Origin: Eledone cirrhosa
Taxonomy: Eukaryota
Assembly: GCA_964016885.1 (NCBI GenBank)
Contig: OZ024741.1
Span: 81,220,001-81,284,000 of the forward strand
Length of the DNA: 64,000 nucleotides
Reading direction: 5' to 3'
The translations under genes were made by a program, and so were the position numbers. Of this stretch, positions 37,887 through 53,076 are shown in pieces (positions within the stretch are counted from its first letter, which is position 1; each line of letters begins with the position of its first letter). Under the pieces are notes generated by a model. The model worked only from the letters and a program-made list of their open reading frames with translations, ran no database searches and was not told the DNA's origin.

Positions 37887-38859
37887 ATGATGTACTGGTG
37901 ATCAAATGTACAAAACACACACATGCTATAGAACATTCTTACAGAAAATAATCTCTGAAAGCTGTTCTTTCAACAGGAAGCTACTGGAAATGTTCTTTCT
38001 TCCATTTATATCATCACCCAAACCATCACCATCATAAACATCATTACCATAATAATCCTACCCAACACCATCATCATACCTATCATCCTCATAACCACCA
38101 CCATCATCACCTTCCACTATCATCATTATCATCTTAATAACCATCATCATACTCATGATTGTCATAACTATTATCATCATCATCATCATCATAATCATGA
38201 TCATGATCACCAGGTTTATTTTCTTATTCTTTCTTCAAACAACAAACAAGAACAACAATAACAGTAACAACAACAAACAAGAACAACAATAACAGTAACA
38301 ACAACAAACAAGAACAACAATAACAGTAGCAACAACAACAGAAATCAGCTGAAACATTATAAAAATACACACAAGGAACAATATATGAATTGTGCACAAA
38401 AGGTATGAAAAATACGAGACATACACATATATATATACATACATGTGAATGTGTGCAGGCGTATATGTATAGGTGTGTGTGCGTGCGCGTGTATATATAT
38501 ATGGTGTGTGCGTGTATATATATATATATGCACTGCTAGGTTTTGTGGGGAAAAGAGGCAAAGAGAAAAAGCAAAAAGTTCAAACGGATAATGGTTTCTA
38601 AAAGACACTGTTTTTTTATATCATTTAAAACAAAATTCTAAGAAAAAATCCCTTGTTTTGGTTTAGTGGCTGCTGATATTCATGGTTTTTTGTATCACAT
38701 TTTCTTGTTTTTCATAGTTGTAATTTTTCTTTAACAATTTCCATGAAAATCCCCACCTTTTTATCATTTCCATGAAAATCCCCACCTTCATGTTTGTAAA
38801 TTGTCTTTGTAATGTCTCCATCACCTCATACCCTTGTCACAAATAAAAGAAATTATTAC

Positions 38860-39305
38860 TATTGGCAGTGTCGGTGGAGCGTCAGACACAATGATTTGCA
38901 GCATAGGAGTTATGGCCCTTTACGTTATGGGTTCAAATCCTGCTGAGGTTAGCTTTGCCTTTCATCCTTACAGGAGTTGATAAATAAACAACCAGTAATG
39001 CATGGGGTAATTGCTGGCCTTATGCCAAAAATATTTATTATTCAAATCCTGCTGAGGTCAACTTTGCCTTTCATCCGTCAAGGGTCAATAAAATAAAGTA
39101 CCAGTTAAATACTAGTTTCATTTTAATTGACTTTCACTCTCCCGAAATTGTTGGACTTGCACCTAATTCAGGAGTTAGCTTTGCCTTTCATCCTTAAGGA
39201 GGTCGATAAAATAAACTACCAGTTAAGTACTGGGTTCAATTTAATCAACTTTCCCTCTCCCATCCCAAAATTGTTGGCCTTGTGCCTAATTCAGAAACCA
39301 TTATT
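38860..39305 (+). mobile_element. Tandem array of three SINE cores
   Basis: ctttgcctttcatcc core at ~38952, ~39062 and ~39179. Confidence 0.85.
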
Positions 39306-40195
39306 ATACCCTTGCAAGCAGGAAAATGATGATGATGATATCGTATTAGATTTATTGTTGCTATAGTTTATTACACCACACCTCCCACGTGCTTTATTTA
39401 TTTTATTTTACTGCTTTTTTATTAGTCTAACACATTGTTTTATAGTTTAGCTATGTTTTTTTTTCTATGTTTGTCAGAAGAAATCAATTTAAGTTTTTTA
39501 TACATATATATATACATATATCATTTCATCATCATTTCATTTTACGTCCGCTTTTCCCTGCTTGCAAGGGTGGGACGGGAACTGATTCTGGGTTGATTTC
39601 TACAGCTGGATGCCTTTCCTAACACCAACCTCATTTACAGTGAGTGCTGGGTGCTTTTTTGCCGTGGCACCTCCACGACCACTTTACAGTGGAATGATAG
39701 GGACCTCAGTCCTATCATCTCATTTCTACAGCTGAGTAAACTGGAGCAATGTGAAATAAAGTGTCTTGCTCAAGGAAACAACACATCACCCAGTCTGATC
39801 AGTATGAAGAAGGCTTAATGAAAAAAAAATTTAAGCTAATAACAAATGTTTTGACGATCCAAAACAGAGAAAGCAGTCTTTGTAACATCAATTTTTTATA
39901 CATGTTATAAAGATCCTTTTTATATATATATATATACAAGGTGCACTTTTCAAACCCTTGGTATTTATGATTTACCTTATGATCCGTATCTAACGTCCAC
40001 ACACGTTTTTTTTCATTATATATATATATATACCCACTCTGTAACTCCCCAGGTATTGAGTACTCCCATGATTAGTGGTCTCCTCGGTCTCAGCACCATA
40101 AACTGTCTCTCTCTGTATATATATAACGTTCAAAGTTATAGATATCAGGTTTGAGATAATATACATATTGAAAGGCAAACCAAAGCATTTGAAGG

Positions 40196-40227
<32 letters not shown>

Positions 40228-40669
40228 GACAACCAAACTAAAAGAAAAAGCAGCAGCTCCACCAACATCATCATCATTGTCAGCTGTATCACTACAACCA
40301 TCATTGTAGTCAGAGTAAAAATTAAAAATATTACTTTTAATGTGCTGCCAAACAATACAGTATTTACCACTAAATGAGATATTTATATTCCCTCTCTCAA
40401 ATTTTTTACAGCTAAGTAAAAAAAAAATTTTTTATTCACCTTCAGTTTTACTGGCTTCAGTAATTAGACTATAGCCATGCTGGGGCACTGCCTTGATTTA
40501 GACAATATGCCTCCTTCCTCACAGTACACTTTTTTTTTTTTCAAGAGTGGTACTTATTCTATTGATCTCTTTTTTGATGAACCACTAAGTTATGGGATAC
40601 AAACACAAACATGAATACACACACACACACACACATGGTGAAACTGCTTCCCAATATTTATTCTGGCCC

Positions 40670-42150
40670 ATCACCACATCTTGTATGTATCCTCCATCAT
40701 GTACGCAGTGACTGCGTACTTTAGATTTTGGCGGTGTGTGGTTGTACTGTTCTAGCGTTATAGATGATGCCTTGTGGTATATCTTACAATCATACCCATG
40801 ACATGGTACTTGTTGACGTCCATGCATTTACTCCGAACACAGTCCTCTCTCTTGCACACCACCAGATAATAGATTGAAGTTCTTTGCCAAAAGCCTTTTC
40901 TATATCAACAAAAGCTAAATAAATATAATGGCTTATTCTTGGCTAGCAACTTTTCTTCTAGTTGTCTCACTAAGAAGAGGGCATCAATAGTACTTTTGTC
41001 AGGCATGGAAACAAACTGCATCTCATCTAAATTTACTCTTTCCCTAATTAGTTGCGCTATAACTCTTTCCGTCACTTTCATAACTTGATCCATTAGTTTT
41101 ATTCCTCTATAGTTGTTCCTTTCTAGAACATCACCTTTGCTCTTGTAGCAATTTATGATTGTACAGTTGTGCCAGTCATTGGGTATGACTCCATCCTGTA
41201 TTACCTGATTGACTATGCAGGTTACTAGTTGGACTTCTACTTCTCCCAATGCTTTTAGCATTTCAAGCAACCATCTGACAGTCTCACAGCTTTACCATTC
41301 TTCATATCTTTGATTGCTTCTTTGACCCTAAAACTGTCAACTTCAATAGCTGTTCTCTGAGCAGTCTATATCTGTCATCTAACTTTTCTCTTAGCTGCCT
41401 GATACTGGTCTCTGCTACCCTCATTTTTCCAGTCTTTCCATGCTTGATGCTTGGCTTTAATGGCTCTATCCATTGTGCTGTTCCATTACCAGGTCACACT
41501 GTCTGGTTTGTGTTTTATTCCAGCCATAAGTCTCAACATCATCACTGTTTTATGTCCATTCTTCCACGCTAGCATGGGTTAGATGGGTTGTCCTGTTGTG
41601 GGCAGTGTCTGGTCGGCTGACCTTGTCTTGCTCATACGGGAACTGATTCTGGCTTGATTTCTACAGATGGATGCCCTTCCTAACACCAACCTCATTTACA
41701 GTGAGTGCTGTGGTTTGCAAAATGTTGTCACATAGGAATTTCCACTTATCTTCTAAGTTATATTTAGTCTGTCACCCCTCTCATCTACTGCACCTTATAG
41801 GACCATTCTAAACATATATATAACTGAAAGGTCCTATAGCTTCCAGACCCTCTGTCTCCATATTTTCCTGCATGTCTTGTTCTGTCTTGTGTTTATTTTG
41901 ATATTGTCGATAACTAACTTGTGTTGGGTGAAACATTCTTCCACAGGGAAGGCCTTAGTGTTTAGTATAGTCCCTTTATCTCGTCTTACAAGTAATCAAT
42001 TTGGCTTTGTTCACCTGATCGATATGAAATCAGGTGGCTGGCTGGTTTCCTGAAATTTGTGTTGCAAATGGTTAGTTCATTCATGTCATAGAATTCCAGA
42101 AGCCTCAATCCCTCTTCATTTCTAGAGTCATAACCATAGCTGCCATAAAG
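40670..42150 (-). mobile_element. Older RTE LINE remnant (APE endonuclease to RT), with nested RTE-tail element at 41537-41712
   Basis: YGSYGYDSRNEEGLRLLEF..NELTICNTNFRKPASHLISYRSG (APE), and ORF 40905-41270 (NYRGIKLMDQVMKV..QF..STIDALFLVRQL.EK). Confidence 0.9.
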
Positions 42151-42399
42151 TGGTTTCTGCAGTTTCTTTCTACCAAAGGCATTACTGAAAGAGAAGCTAT
42201 AGTAGAGGACACTTATTCAATATGTGGTGCTGTAGGACTGAATACAGAACCAAGTGGTTAGGAAGTGAGCTCTTCTAACCATCAATCACACAGTTATGCC
42301 CATTTATTTGGTTTATATTATTCTTTTTTTATATTGTTATTTTTTCCATATATTTCCCCACAAGATACTTTATCCTCCTATATTTTTATTTTACCCTAT

Positions 42400-42530
42400 G
42401 ACTGGAACCATCTGGTGTCTTGCTTACTGTGATTAGAATGGAGATGGCCATCTAGAAGATCAAGCCCTCTAAGTTGAACTGGCTCTTTCAGCACATCTCC
42501 ATTGCTATCATCCAGGGTAACACATTTCAC
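42400..42530 (+). mobile_element. Second CRE-like C-terminal fragment
   Basis: LEPSGVL...LNWLFQHISIAIIQGNTF, homologous to 32350-32540. Confidence 0.6.
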
Positions 42531-44329
42531 ATGAGACAACATCCATTTGATGTCTTGCAAAGGAAACGAGATGCTAGTGTTATCAATAAGTATTTTTTTT
42601 TTTTGTTATGCTTTGTCACAGTTTTGTTTTAGTTTTAATGTCTATTCTTCTCTCTAAATACAGTTGTAAAGTTCAGTGGTCCAGCACTTATTGAACACAA
42701 TACCCATTCCTCCCTCTAAACACAGCTAAAAATTTCAGTGATCCATGACACAGTGGATAAAGTACCTATTATTCTCTCTAAGCACAGCTGTAAAATTCAG
42801 TGGTTCATACATCAACACAGACATGTGTTGTTGGCCTCTACAAGATTGTCTCATAGATTTCACATAGTTTTAATTGCAGGGGTTCCAGTCCCACCATGGA
42901 AAGCAATATGAAATGTGTGAATCCCAACACAGATGAATATAATAATAATTGTTCATTATGAACAATAGTTGAAAAAAAAATCAAGTAATGTGATCATGGA
43001 AAAAGTGGATATATGTATATATATATATATATATATATTGGGAAACAGTTAGGAAATTCACTCCATTATTACTCAGTTTCACACACATTTATTTTGTATG
43101 AAACTTCAAGTAACATAAACCAACTGCTTTCTTATATATATCTGTGTGTGTGAGAGAAAGAGAGTGTAGACATAAACACATATATATATGCACTCATTGT
43201 CATAAAGACATGTTTTGTATACACCAACTTGTGAGAGCATTTATCTATATCTATGTGTATGTATATATATATGTGTGTGTGTGTGTGTTTACACACAGGT
43301 ATATACTCACACGAGTATATACACACACACATGTATATTCATTGAAATATAGCCAAAATATTAAAAGAAGATATAATCTAACTAGGTACTTAGTTTAATC
43401 TGAGTCCAAATTTCATGTTTCATATTTTTTAAATATTTGTATATATAAAAGTACATACACAAAGATTTACAAACAATTACACATATACACAGATGTACAT
43501 ACATATAGAAATACATGCACACAGAGATGTACAGACACATATACACCCACACACCAACTTCAGCTAAAACTGAGGTTTACACATTTCACAAACTAAATAA
43601 AAAATCTAATTATAAAACCCTTAGAGAAATTATCTATATTTTCTATAGTTGTGCGAGTATATATATTATATAAACATATGCACAATATACATACACACAC
43701 ACACACACATATATATATATTATATGCATTCTTTGCCCTAGGGTTAAGCTTACATTGCTTTGCTTATCTCCCACAGTGTGTGTGTGTGTGTGTAGCACTG
43801 TGCAAATGTGCATGTTTGAAAGAGAAAGGATAGTTAGAAAGGAAGAAAAGTATAGAAATGGAGAGAGAGGAGGAGAAAGAGAGAAAGGGGCAGGGAAGGG
43901 CACACACTATTCACAGCTACCTTTTAGGTTTGTGTGTGCATGTGCATTTATTTTAAAATTATCATTGTATCATCATGTAAAAATACTTGACAATCACCAT
44001 CCCCCTACCACCACCACCATCATCATTACCATTAACATAATCATCATCATCAATATGATCATCATTTTCATAATCGTCATTACCACCACCAACATCACTA
44101 TCAACATTGTTACATTGTCACCACCACTATTACCGACATCATCACCACCACCACCACCATCATCATCATCACGATCATGAACAGCTCATGTCTCTACATG
44201 CACTTACTGGAAGTCAGCAAATTTGTGAGAAAGTGTGTGCATGTTTGTATATCTTGTGTGTCCCGATGTTTGAGGAGGGAGCAGAAGAGAAGTGGGGGCA
44301 AGGATGGAGAGGGGAAAGAGATAGATAGA

Positions 44330-44780
44330 AAGTGTATGTGTGTTGGAGAGAGAAACAGAGATAGTGTGCATATGTGTGTGTCTGTGTGAATGAAAGAGAG
44401 TGTGCATGTGTGTGAGTGAGAAGTAGTGTGTATGTGTGTGAGAGATAGAGATAGGGACAGTGTGCATGTGTGTGTGAGTGAAAGATAGTGTGCATGTGTG
44501 TGAGATAGATAGACACAGTGTGCATATGTGTGTGAGTGAGAGGTAGTGTGCATGTGTGTATGAGAGAAAGAGAGAGATAGGGACAGTGTGCAGATATGTG
44601 AGAGAGAGAGATAGTATGTGTGAGAGAGAGGGAGTTAGAGAATATGTACATGTGTTTGAAATGAAATGTCTATATATATTTGCATGTGAGAGAGTGTGTA
44701 TGTGCGTGTGAGAGAGAGAGTATGTATAAGTGCATATGAGAGAGAGATAATGTGCAAGTGTGTGTGAGGGAGAGAAATAA
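44330..44780. repeat. Compound TG/GA degenerate satellite
   Basis: Repeated agtgtgcatgtgtgtgag..gagata units. Confidence 0.9.
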
Positions 44781-47499
44781 CGTATGCATGTGGTTGCATA
44801 TCTAAGAATGTGTGTGTATGTCCATGTTTGAGGACAGGAGAGTGAGATGGAGGGTGGAGATATAAAGTGTGTGGGGAGAGTGTATGGATGGTGGTGAAGG
44901 TAGGGTGTAAATGTGTTTGTTTGTAAAACAAAAAGCAAAAACTATATATAAAGTATAGATCAGAAAAAAAGAAGAAAATTAGTCAGTAACTTAGAAACGA
45001 GGTGAACCAGTGCAGATGTTTAAAATGTTTATATACAACCACCACCTACCACTACCATCGCAAATATAACTACATACATTACAATCACCACCATCACTAA
45101 TACAACTGCATACATCACAGCCACATCCACCACAACAGCATTTACAGATATCACCCCCACTGCCATTTCAAACACAGACATCACAAATCACACCCATTAC
45201 CACCACCACCAATATAACCAGAACCACGGCTACCATAACAGACACCACTACCAATAACCACAGCTACCACCGCCAACACTACTACAAATACAAACACACA
45301 ACCACTATTATTACTACAATTAACCACAGTCTTACCACACTCACTCTCAGTAATAATCCATACCAACAACAACAAACAGTCAGTTCTCAATCCAATTTCA
45401 CAGAACCTCCTCTTCTTCCTCCTCATATTGTCCCTCTACCTTCTCTTTATCTGTTGTATGATATAATCAACATTCCACTTTAACTACATCTGGCCATAAA
45501 CTGACACATTCATGCCCTGCCAATATGGGAGTCTATGTGGTCATTAGAGCTGCTAGAAATGGCCGCTAAATCTCCTCAAATCACACCTTACCATCTTAAA
45601 AAAACAAAAAAATAGGATACTGTAGACCCTAATAATGATGAGGAGGTTACTGTTGAAACACCTTTGACTATAGGTCTGAATCAGGACTGAGTAAACAACT
45701 TCAAAAAGACCAGCAACTGAAGGATCTCCCAAGTGGTTGCTCAAGCTGCTAGAAATAACAGCCATGTTTCTCTCTCTCTCTCATTACACATTTTGCCATT
45801 TCTTTAAAGATAATGTAATCTGAGGTTATTTGAGTCAAGGATTGTCATAATTGGAATCATTTTGATCATAGGTCTGCCCATGTGCTACACAACATGTATT
45901 GTGTGTATACATATCTAAAGCCATATGTTGATGCCCTAAGGGCAGACACTGGTCGGGGGGGGGGGGGGGGGGCACAGGACATAGCGGCGATGATGAAGGA
46001 CAGAGACTGCTGGAGAAAACTCGTCCATGGATGTTGGCAATTTTACCCAAGCTAATAAAAAAAAAAAAAAAAACTAAAGCTTAGCCACTTACACTACATA
46101 ACATGATAGGTAAACAGTAGATTCTGCTAAATTGCATACCAGAAAATTGCATAATTTGTGTAATTACGTAACTGTTCACAATACTGAACTGTTTAATATC
46201 AAATTTATGTAAAATCAATGAGTTATTTACATGTAAACAAAGTCAATTTTTATTATTTCCATAAATATTTTTTCTTCAGATTTTGAGTTGAAAAATTGGC
46301 AAAATGCAGCAGGAAACTGAACAGTTTACCATATTCCAGCTGATCCTGAGAAAATTTCATGATTTAATTAGAAACAACCACATTAAAGATCAATATGTCA
46401 TATTAAGTGTTTTATTAACAAGCTACAGATGTACACACAAATATATTAACAAATTATAAACTTTCAAAATGGAGTATTTTACCTATAATTTGAATATAAA
46501 CCATGTTTTTTTTAAAGCATAGACTTAAAAAAAGCAAAATTTCAACACTAACATATCCACGCCCCCTCTCTCTCATTCACACTCTTTCCCTCTGCTGTCT
46601 ATAAAAACAAAACTTCAGCATTTGCTACTGCCACCACCGCTTTCTCTGGCTGTATCACATGCACACTCTCACCATCCACATCATGACCAACAATTTACAC
46701 AACATGTCATCTATTATTAGCATTATAACCTTTAACAGTCGGCGACAATAGAGTAACCTCCCCTTAATACATAATGCAGTGTCTAGAGAAGCAATTCATA
46801 AAAAAATTCAGCATGCTGAAGGTTAATAAAACAGATACTCATGTATAAGTCTACTTCATGCATAACACAAAGATGCACACACATATGAGAAAGGAAAACA
46901 ACTATCATTAATTCTTCATTCATAAGAAGTTTCTGTAGATTTTTAAGTGGCATATATTAAGTGGTTTCCTTCTCTTGGTGGAGCTGAAGAAAAGATGAAT
47001 CTAAACTACAAAAGCAGGCCAAAGAATCTTATTAGGACTATTAAGACTTGATACCAATCCCTTGCAAAATCACTTCTGGTTCTATGAAACAACATCGTCC
47101 ATTTTAAAGGGCTCCTATTTAAATTAAAATCTTCCAACATAATTTTGGATTAGAACCATTTCTTGTTTATGTCCGTTTTTTATTGTGGACATTTGCTAAT
47201 ATATAAATACACATACACACATAGTGGGTGTTTTTACACAGGGGAGACTGGGTACTTTGTCATTGTACCTTACAGGGTCGACATGGTGGTTTTTATTGTG
47301 ATTAGTGTGTCAGGCTTGGGAACCAGATAGGAGTGGGGGTGTGAGCTATATGTGGCTTCTAGATATGGGAGACATCCTACCATGGGAGAAGGAAGCACCA
47401 GGTCATAGGACTGACCCTGAAGCAGTTAAGTGGTGTCTGACATATAGTGGGATTGTGCCTGGCTTTCTGTGCTGGTCTGGGTTGGACAGGAAAGGTGAG

Positions 47500-49240
47500 T
47501 AAGGTATGTGACTGTAAAGGGAGAGAGACCTGTGCTGGTCAAGGAATGTGAATTACAGAAGGTTTCCCTTATCTTTCTATGGTGGCATAGGTTGAACAAG
47601 GGAGGGAGGAGAAGGCCATGATTGGGCAGAGGTTAATGAGGAAGAGGGGTAATTGGGGTATACTGACAAGCAGGGATGTAAATGTTCCACCTCTCATCTT
47701 CTTGGGGTTTAAGGTGGGGAAAGTGAATGGGAGGGGAGTTGGAACCATACTAGCAGGTGGGGGACATCTTGATGCTTGATTTACAATGCTTGCATGGGAA
47801 GGTTTGACTTCTACTATATAGCATGTTGCCAGTCTTCTTGATCTTGGGTTATTTCTTTTGCGAGGTGCAGCTCTGTGAGACTGACCTTCACCACAATGTT
47901 CCAAATTTTCTTCGGTTTCTCCCTTCTAAAAATTCTGCATTTTTTTGTGCAGGTGTCATCCTCCATACGAATCATATATCTATAATAAGACAGTCTTCTT
48001 TCGTGCAGACTGCATCTGATTCCTCTTATGCACAGTTTTTCTCAAAGCTCATTATGCTCCTTTGTTCATGTATATTTGGTATAAGAACCATTTATTGTTT
48101 ATGTTCAGTTTTTTTTTTATGTGGACATTTTCAAATATATATATGCGCACGCACATACAGTAGGTGCCTTTTTTTTCATGGAACCAGCATGACAGGACAT
48201 GCTTCTGCATTTTCTTCCAATCTTTGTAAGTCTTCCATGAACTTCTATGCAGCATTACCTTTCACATAGGAACATAATACAATCTGCCTTTCGCTCTGAT
48301 GAGAAACCCTTTGTAGCCAGCAGTGGTAGCAGCTCTTTGGATGTTTTCACCCCATTCGCAGACCGGCTACTGCACTTTCAAAACATCCACCTCCACAACT
48401 AATTTGGTCCACCAGGTAGCATTTTATGGGACTTGTTTTATGTGATCTCTTGCTGTGCATCTGTTATAAACAAAGTCAACATTTTCTGCTAGGCAGCTTG
48501 AGATCCCACTACATCACCTGTGTACCCATAGCTTACATTTTGCACATAAATTGGAATTTCTACCTTCTCCTTTCCTGCATACCTAGCATTTCTTTTAAGG
48601 AATCAGAGCCTTATTTCTTTTTTACTTAGTCAACTTGGCAAAAGTCCTAGTGAGTCCAATTTTTTTCTATGTCTGGAATTCCTTCACTAATTCTACTGCA
48701 GTCTCAGTTATAAAAACTAGATCATTGGCATATAGGAGACCCCATGGGCAGCCAGTCTTTAATATTCTATATGTGTATGGATGTGTGTGTAGTAGTAGAT
48801 ACTGGCACTTGAACGCTAGCTGAGATATTTAATCACTGAAGGTGCACAACTATTCTTCAGGTTGTCAGTGCTATGTTTTTACATATATGTGGATTAAGAA
48901 ATTTGCAGGGCTTAGTAATTTAACTAACTTTCTCATTATTAAGTTCTCACATAAAAATATGACCATAGGTTATTAAATAAATGTAAACACTTTAAAACAG
49001 GTTTCAATCATAGAAGCAGGGGCGGTTCCAGGTGGTTTGGTATTGAATGGGTGCTTCATCATTCATGCACATTAACATTACACATCCAATGGAGCATGCT
49101 CGCTTCATTTCTCTCCAGCTTTCACATATCCTCTGCAATCACCACTCATGTCTCAATGCCATGCAACATTGCACTTATCACGCTGGCAGTGGCAAGAAAA
49201 TCCTTTTGTTGTCTATCAGTATGTGGAATACTCAGCCACT
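47500..49240 (-). mobile_element. Heavily decayed RTE LINE pieces (47500-48770, 49028-49240) interrupted by a MITE B piece
   Basis: Reverse complements give KTGCPWGLLYANDL, YLVDQISCGGGCFES, VKGNAA, RLSYYRYMIRM.D and MLHGIE..V.AEDM.KLERNEASMLHWMCN. Confidence 0.8.
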
Positions 49241-49414
49241 TACACTATAATTCAAGGAGCAGGTAGTAGTGTTGATCGAAGAACTGAAATACTAATGATC
49301 GTCACAACTGGTTGAAATCCTTTCACTTTACTTATGTTTATTAAAAAAAACTCAATATAAAAGGTTTGGTTCCTTTCAGCAAGCATGCTATTTTCACTTA
49401 ACTGATCAAAGGTG

Positions 49415-49472
<58 letters not shown>

Positions 49473-49781
49473 ATCTACACAAACACACACCCATGCACAT
49501 ACAAATATATACATTTCTGTTTGTGTATAAATATATATATCAGTTTTAAATGGGCATATATATATATATATATATAACAAATTGGTTGAAACAGCTTTCG
49601 TTGATTATACCACCCACCCACACCATTCTTTCCGTGGTTGGTTGGTTAGTTGGTGGTCAAGTTTGCAGTTCTGCTCCATTGAGTTTGGTTCTTCATTCAA
49701 CAAGCACCACTGGCAAACCAAAAATTGTGTTTATGTGTATGTGAATACCTATTACTTTTTATCTATGAGTACAAGTACATC

Positions 49782-49812
<31 letters not shown>

Positions 49813-50306
49813 GCGCGCGTGCGTGCGTGCGTGCGTATATTGAATACCTATCACTTTTTTTATCTATGCACATCAGTGTGTGTGTGCAATTGAGTGTTTA
49901 CTGAATACCTATTGCTTTTTGTCTATGCACATGATTGTGTGAGTGAATGACTTTATCGGATTTATATATGTACACGTGTACACATCTGTATGTGGGTGTG
50001 TGTATGTGCGCATGTGTTTATGAATATCCATATTTTTTTAGTTTATGTATCTGAGTGTGTGAAAATGCATCTGTTGTTTTATATGCATATATATTTTGTG
50101 ATGTGCGTGTGTGAGATTGTGAGTGTATTTATGAATGCCTTCTCTTTGTATAGGTGTGTGTGTATGTGTGAGCGCAATTGGGTGACTGCATTTGTTTCTG
50201 TGCATATACAAATTTTTTGTATATGTACACGTGTGTGATGTGTGTGTGTGTGTGTGTAAGTACTACTGTTTTGGGTGTGTACATATATATATATAAATCA
50301 TTATAT

Positions 50307-50346
<40 letters not shown>

Positions 50347-50437
50347 TATATATAAATACACATATATATATATACACATATATATAAATCGTTATATACA
50401 CATATATATATATATATATATATATAAATCATTATAT

Positions 50438-50495
<58 letters not shown>

Positions 50496-50809
50496 ATATA
50501 ATGATTTTGTGTGTGTTATACCTAGCAGTGTTGGTGGTGATGGTGATAGTATTATTAGTGGGGTGGTTGTGGTAATAAAAAGCTAGAGTCAATAGTAATT
50601 CCATTAGTACCTAAGGCTGCTGCGGTGGTGGTGGTGGGAGGTTTATACTGTCATTCATTCTTACATACTTTCTCACTTTGTTGTACAATAGGATGTCATA
50701 CAATGCTGGTGGTGGTGGTAACACAACAGTTGTGGGTTTGGTGATGGTGCTGATGGTGGTGCTGTGGTAGTTGTGAAAGCCACAATAATAGAATAAGCCA
50801 TAGCTGATC

Positions 50810-51330
50810 AGTGAAAACACACCCCTGGCCCTCAGCAATCCTGGATGGGTCGTGGGAGGGGGGGGGGGGGCTTCAAGCACGCCTTCCAGAAGTAACCATC
50901 TTCAGTTCATCTGGCTGGATCCCCAAGCGAGATCAACTAAGTTCATGGATGTCATGCTATCATCTTTCTTAGGGTCTACCTCTGCGTTTCCTGCTGGTTG
51001 GTTTTGCCGGTAAAATCTGTCCATTGATTCTTTCCTGTGACATTCTAACTACATATCAGTAGTATCAGAGTTGTGATCTCTCAATTCGGAGAAGTAGTGA
51101 CTCTATTTGAAGTGACCGCCTGATCTCCAAGTTACACACCCTATTGCATAACATTATTCCAAAACCCTTTGGAGGATCTACATTTCAGCCACATGTATTC
51201 GTGACCATATTCTTTGTCATTACCCAAGATTCATGACCATAGGTAAGGGTTGGCACGAATACCAAAGTGAAGATAGCGAGATTGGCTTTTACACCTGCCT
51301 CCCTTCTGATGACCATATGAGAATGCATAA
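50810..51330 (-). mobile_element. Rex3/Expander-like RTE LINE 3' fragment (distinct family)
   Basis: LAIFTLVFVPTLTYGHESWVMT; SLLLRIERSQL; VRMSQERI...RKRRGRP; SRLGIQPDEL. Confidence 0.8.
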
Positions 51331-53076
51331 AGAAACAGTTCAAAGACTGGGAAGACGACAAATCAGAGTCGTCCTCGATGCATCTTCTTGAGTAGCAGAG
51401 CAAGTATAATTTTCAGGTATAGATCCAACAGAAGGCACTCTCCATTTTGACTAAATGTTCTCAAGTCTCATCTAGCGAATTAATTCTCTCTTTCTCTCTC
51501 TTTATGTGTGTGTGTTGTTTTTCATTCTTTTTCTTTTTATTCAATTGTTTTTTTACATATCTACTTGTGCATGGTTCTTTAATACAAAGGTGTTTATTTT
51601 AAAAACCTTTCTTCATAATTTTATGCAAGAATATTTGTTATGTTCCAAACACCATCTTAATAATGAGAAAATTAGTTACGCTACTAAATCTGTCCAAATT
51701 CTTGTTTATTTTCAAAATATTAGGCAGTATCTTTTATAACAAAAAGGATAAAAAACATGCACACACATCGGATTATATTGTCTGAGGTACATTATTTTTG
51801 AAAATAAGACAAAGTGGTCATGTTGGGAATTCCATCTATCATAGGTCTGCTTGATCAGAGGATAACCTACAATACCATCAACCACTAGTAGGTAATCATA
51901 GCCACCATAAGGTCCTTTTACAATGCAATGTTTTACAGCCAGGTGCTTGCTCTTGGGAAAACTTTTAGTTAGCTCTTACAACATGCAGAGACACAGTGTA
52001 GCTCTTCTAAACTTAATACACACAAGAAAGATGACTAAAAATGACATAGCTACAGATGACAGAGGGCGGGAAAGCCAAGGCGTTAGAGAGGAGTTAGATG
52101 GGGTGAAATCTACCCGCAAAGCTAACCGCTGCTTCAACAGAGAAAATAAACTTAATCATATTTATACCAAACTGTCTGAAACTGTTCCTGGTTCTATGAT
52201 ACAAAAGTGTTTGTTTTTAAGTGTATATATTTATCTGAACATTTTCCATCGTAATTTTATATAAGAACACTTGTTCCAAACAGCAGATGAATAATCAAAA
52301 AGTTATATTAATGAATTTCTTGAAATTCTGATCTTTCATTAGATATAAGGCCATAAAAAGGTTAAAATACTTGTGTTGTAGGAGAAAAAAGTAATTCAGA
52401 AAGATACAAGGAAAACGTATGAAAGAAAAAAAAGTAAAAATGTATAGATGCATGCACATTATATATATACATACCTTCACAGACACACACACACACATTT
52501 ATATATATATATATAACCCCACAGACACACATATACACATACATATAAATACATTTATAAGTTGAAACCATTATAAATTGGATCATAACTATTAAGGTGT
52601 CTGGAGAATTGCAACACATCGGTGAACCAATTTCATAGATGATGAGATTTTAAACTAAGGTAAGCCAAAGAATTTCAATGTAAATTTTTGAGGGGGGAAA
52701 TTCTTAATGTAATAATAATAACAACAATAATAATATTAACGTCAATAATATAATATAATAGCAATAATAAATTAATAATAACGACGATAATAATAACAAT
52801 GACGATGATAATAACGATGTTGATAATCATAATAAAAAATATGAAGAGAGACTGAAGTTTAGAAGCAACAGGAACAAGTTATAGAAATAAAAAAGTATAT
52901 GAAGTGAATATAACAGCCAGTAGTAGCAGTAATCCAAGTGTATGTATGTGTGTGTATATATATATATATATTAGAGAGAGGGGGGAAGGGGGGGGGGAGA
53001 ATCTGAAATGTGTGTGTGTGTAAAAGGAAGAGAGGAGAGTTAGAGTAAAGAGAGGGAGAGAAGAGAAAAGGAGAAA

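Noticed and set aside
44204-44938. 244-aa His/Thr/Leu-rich ORF and the many similar CVCV/YIYI/ERER/HHHH ORFs
   Set aside because: Translations of microsatellites and low-complexity DNA with no domain signal.
46470-46510. Third minus-strand AG|GT (attatAG|GTAAAA)
   Set aside because: Poor polypyrimidine tract and weak donor; expected by chance.
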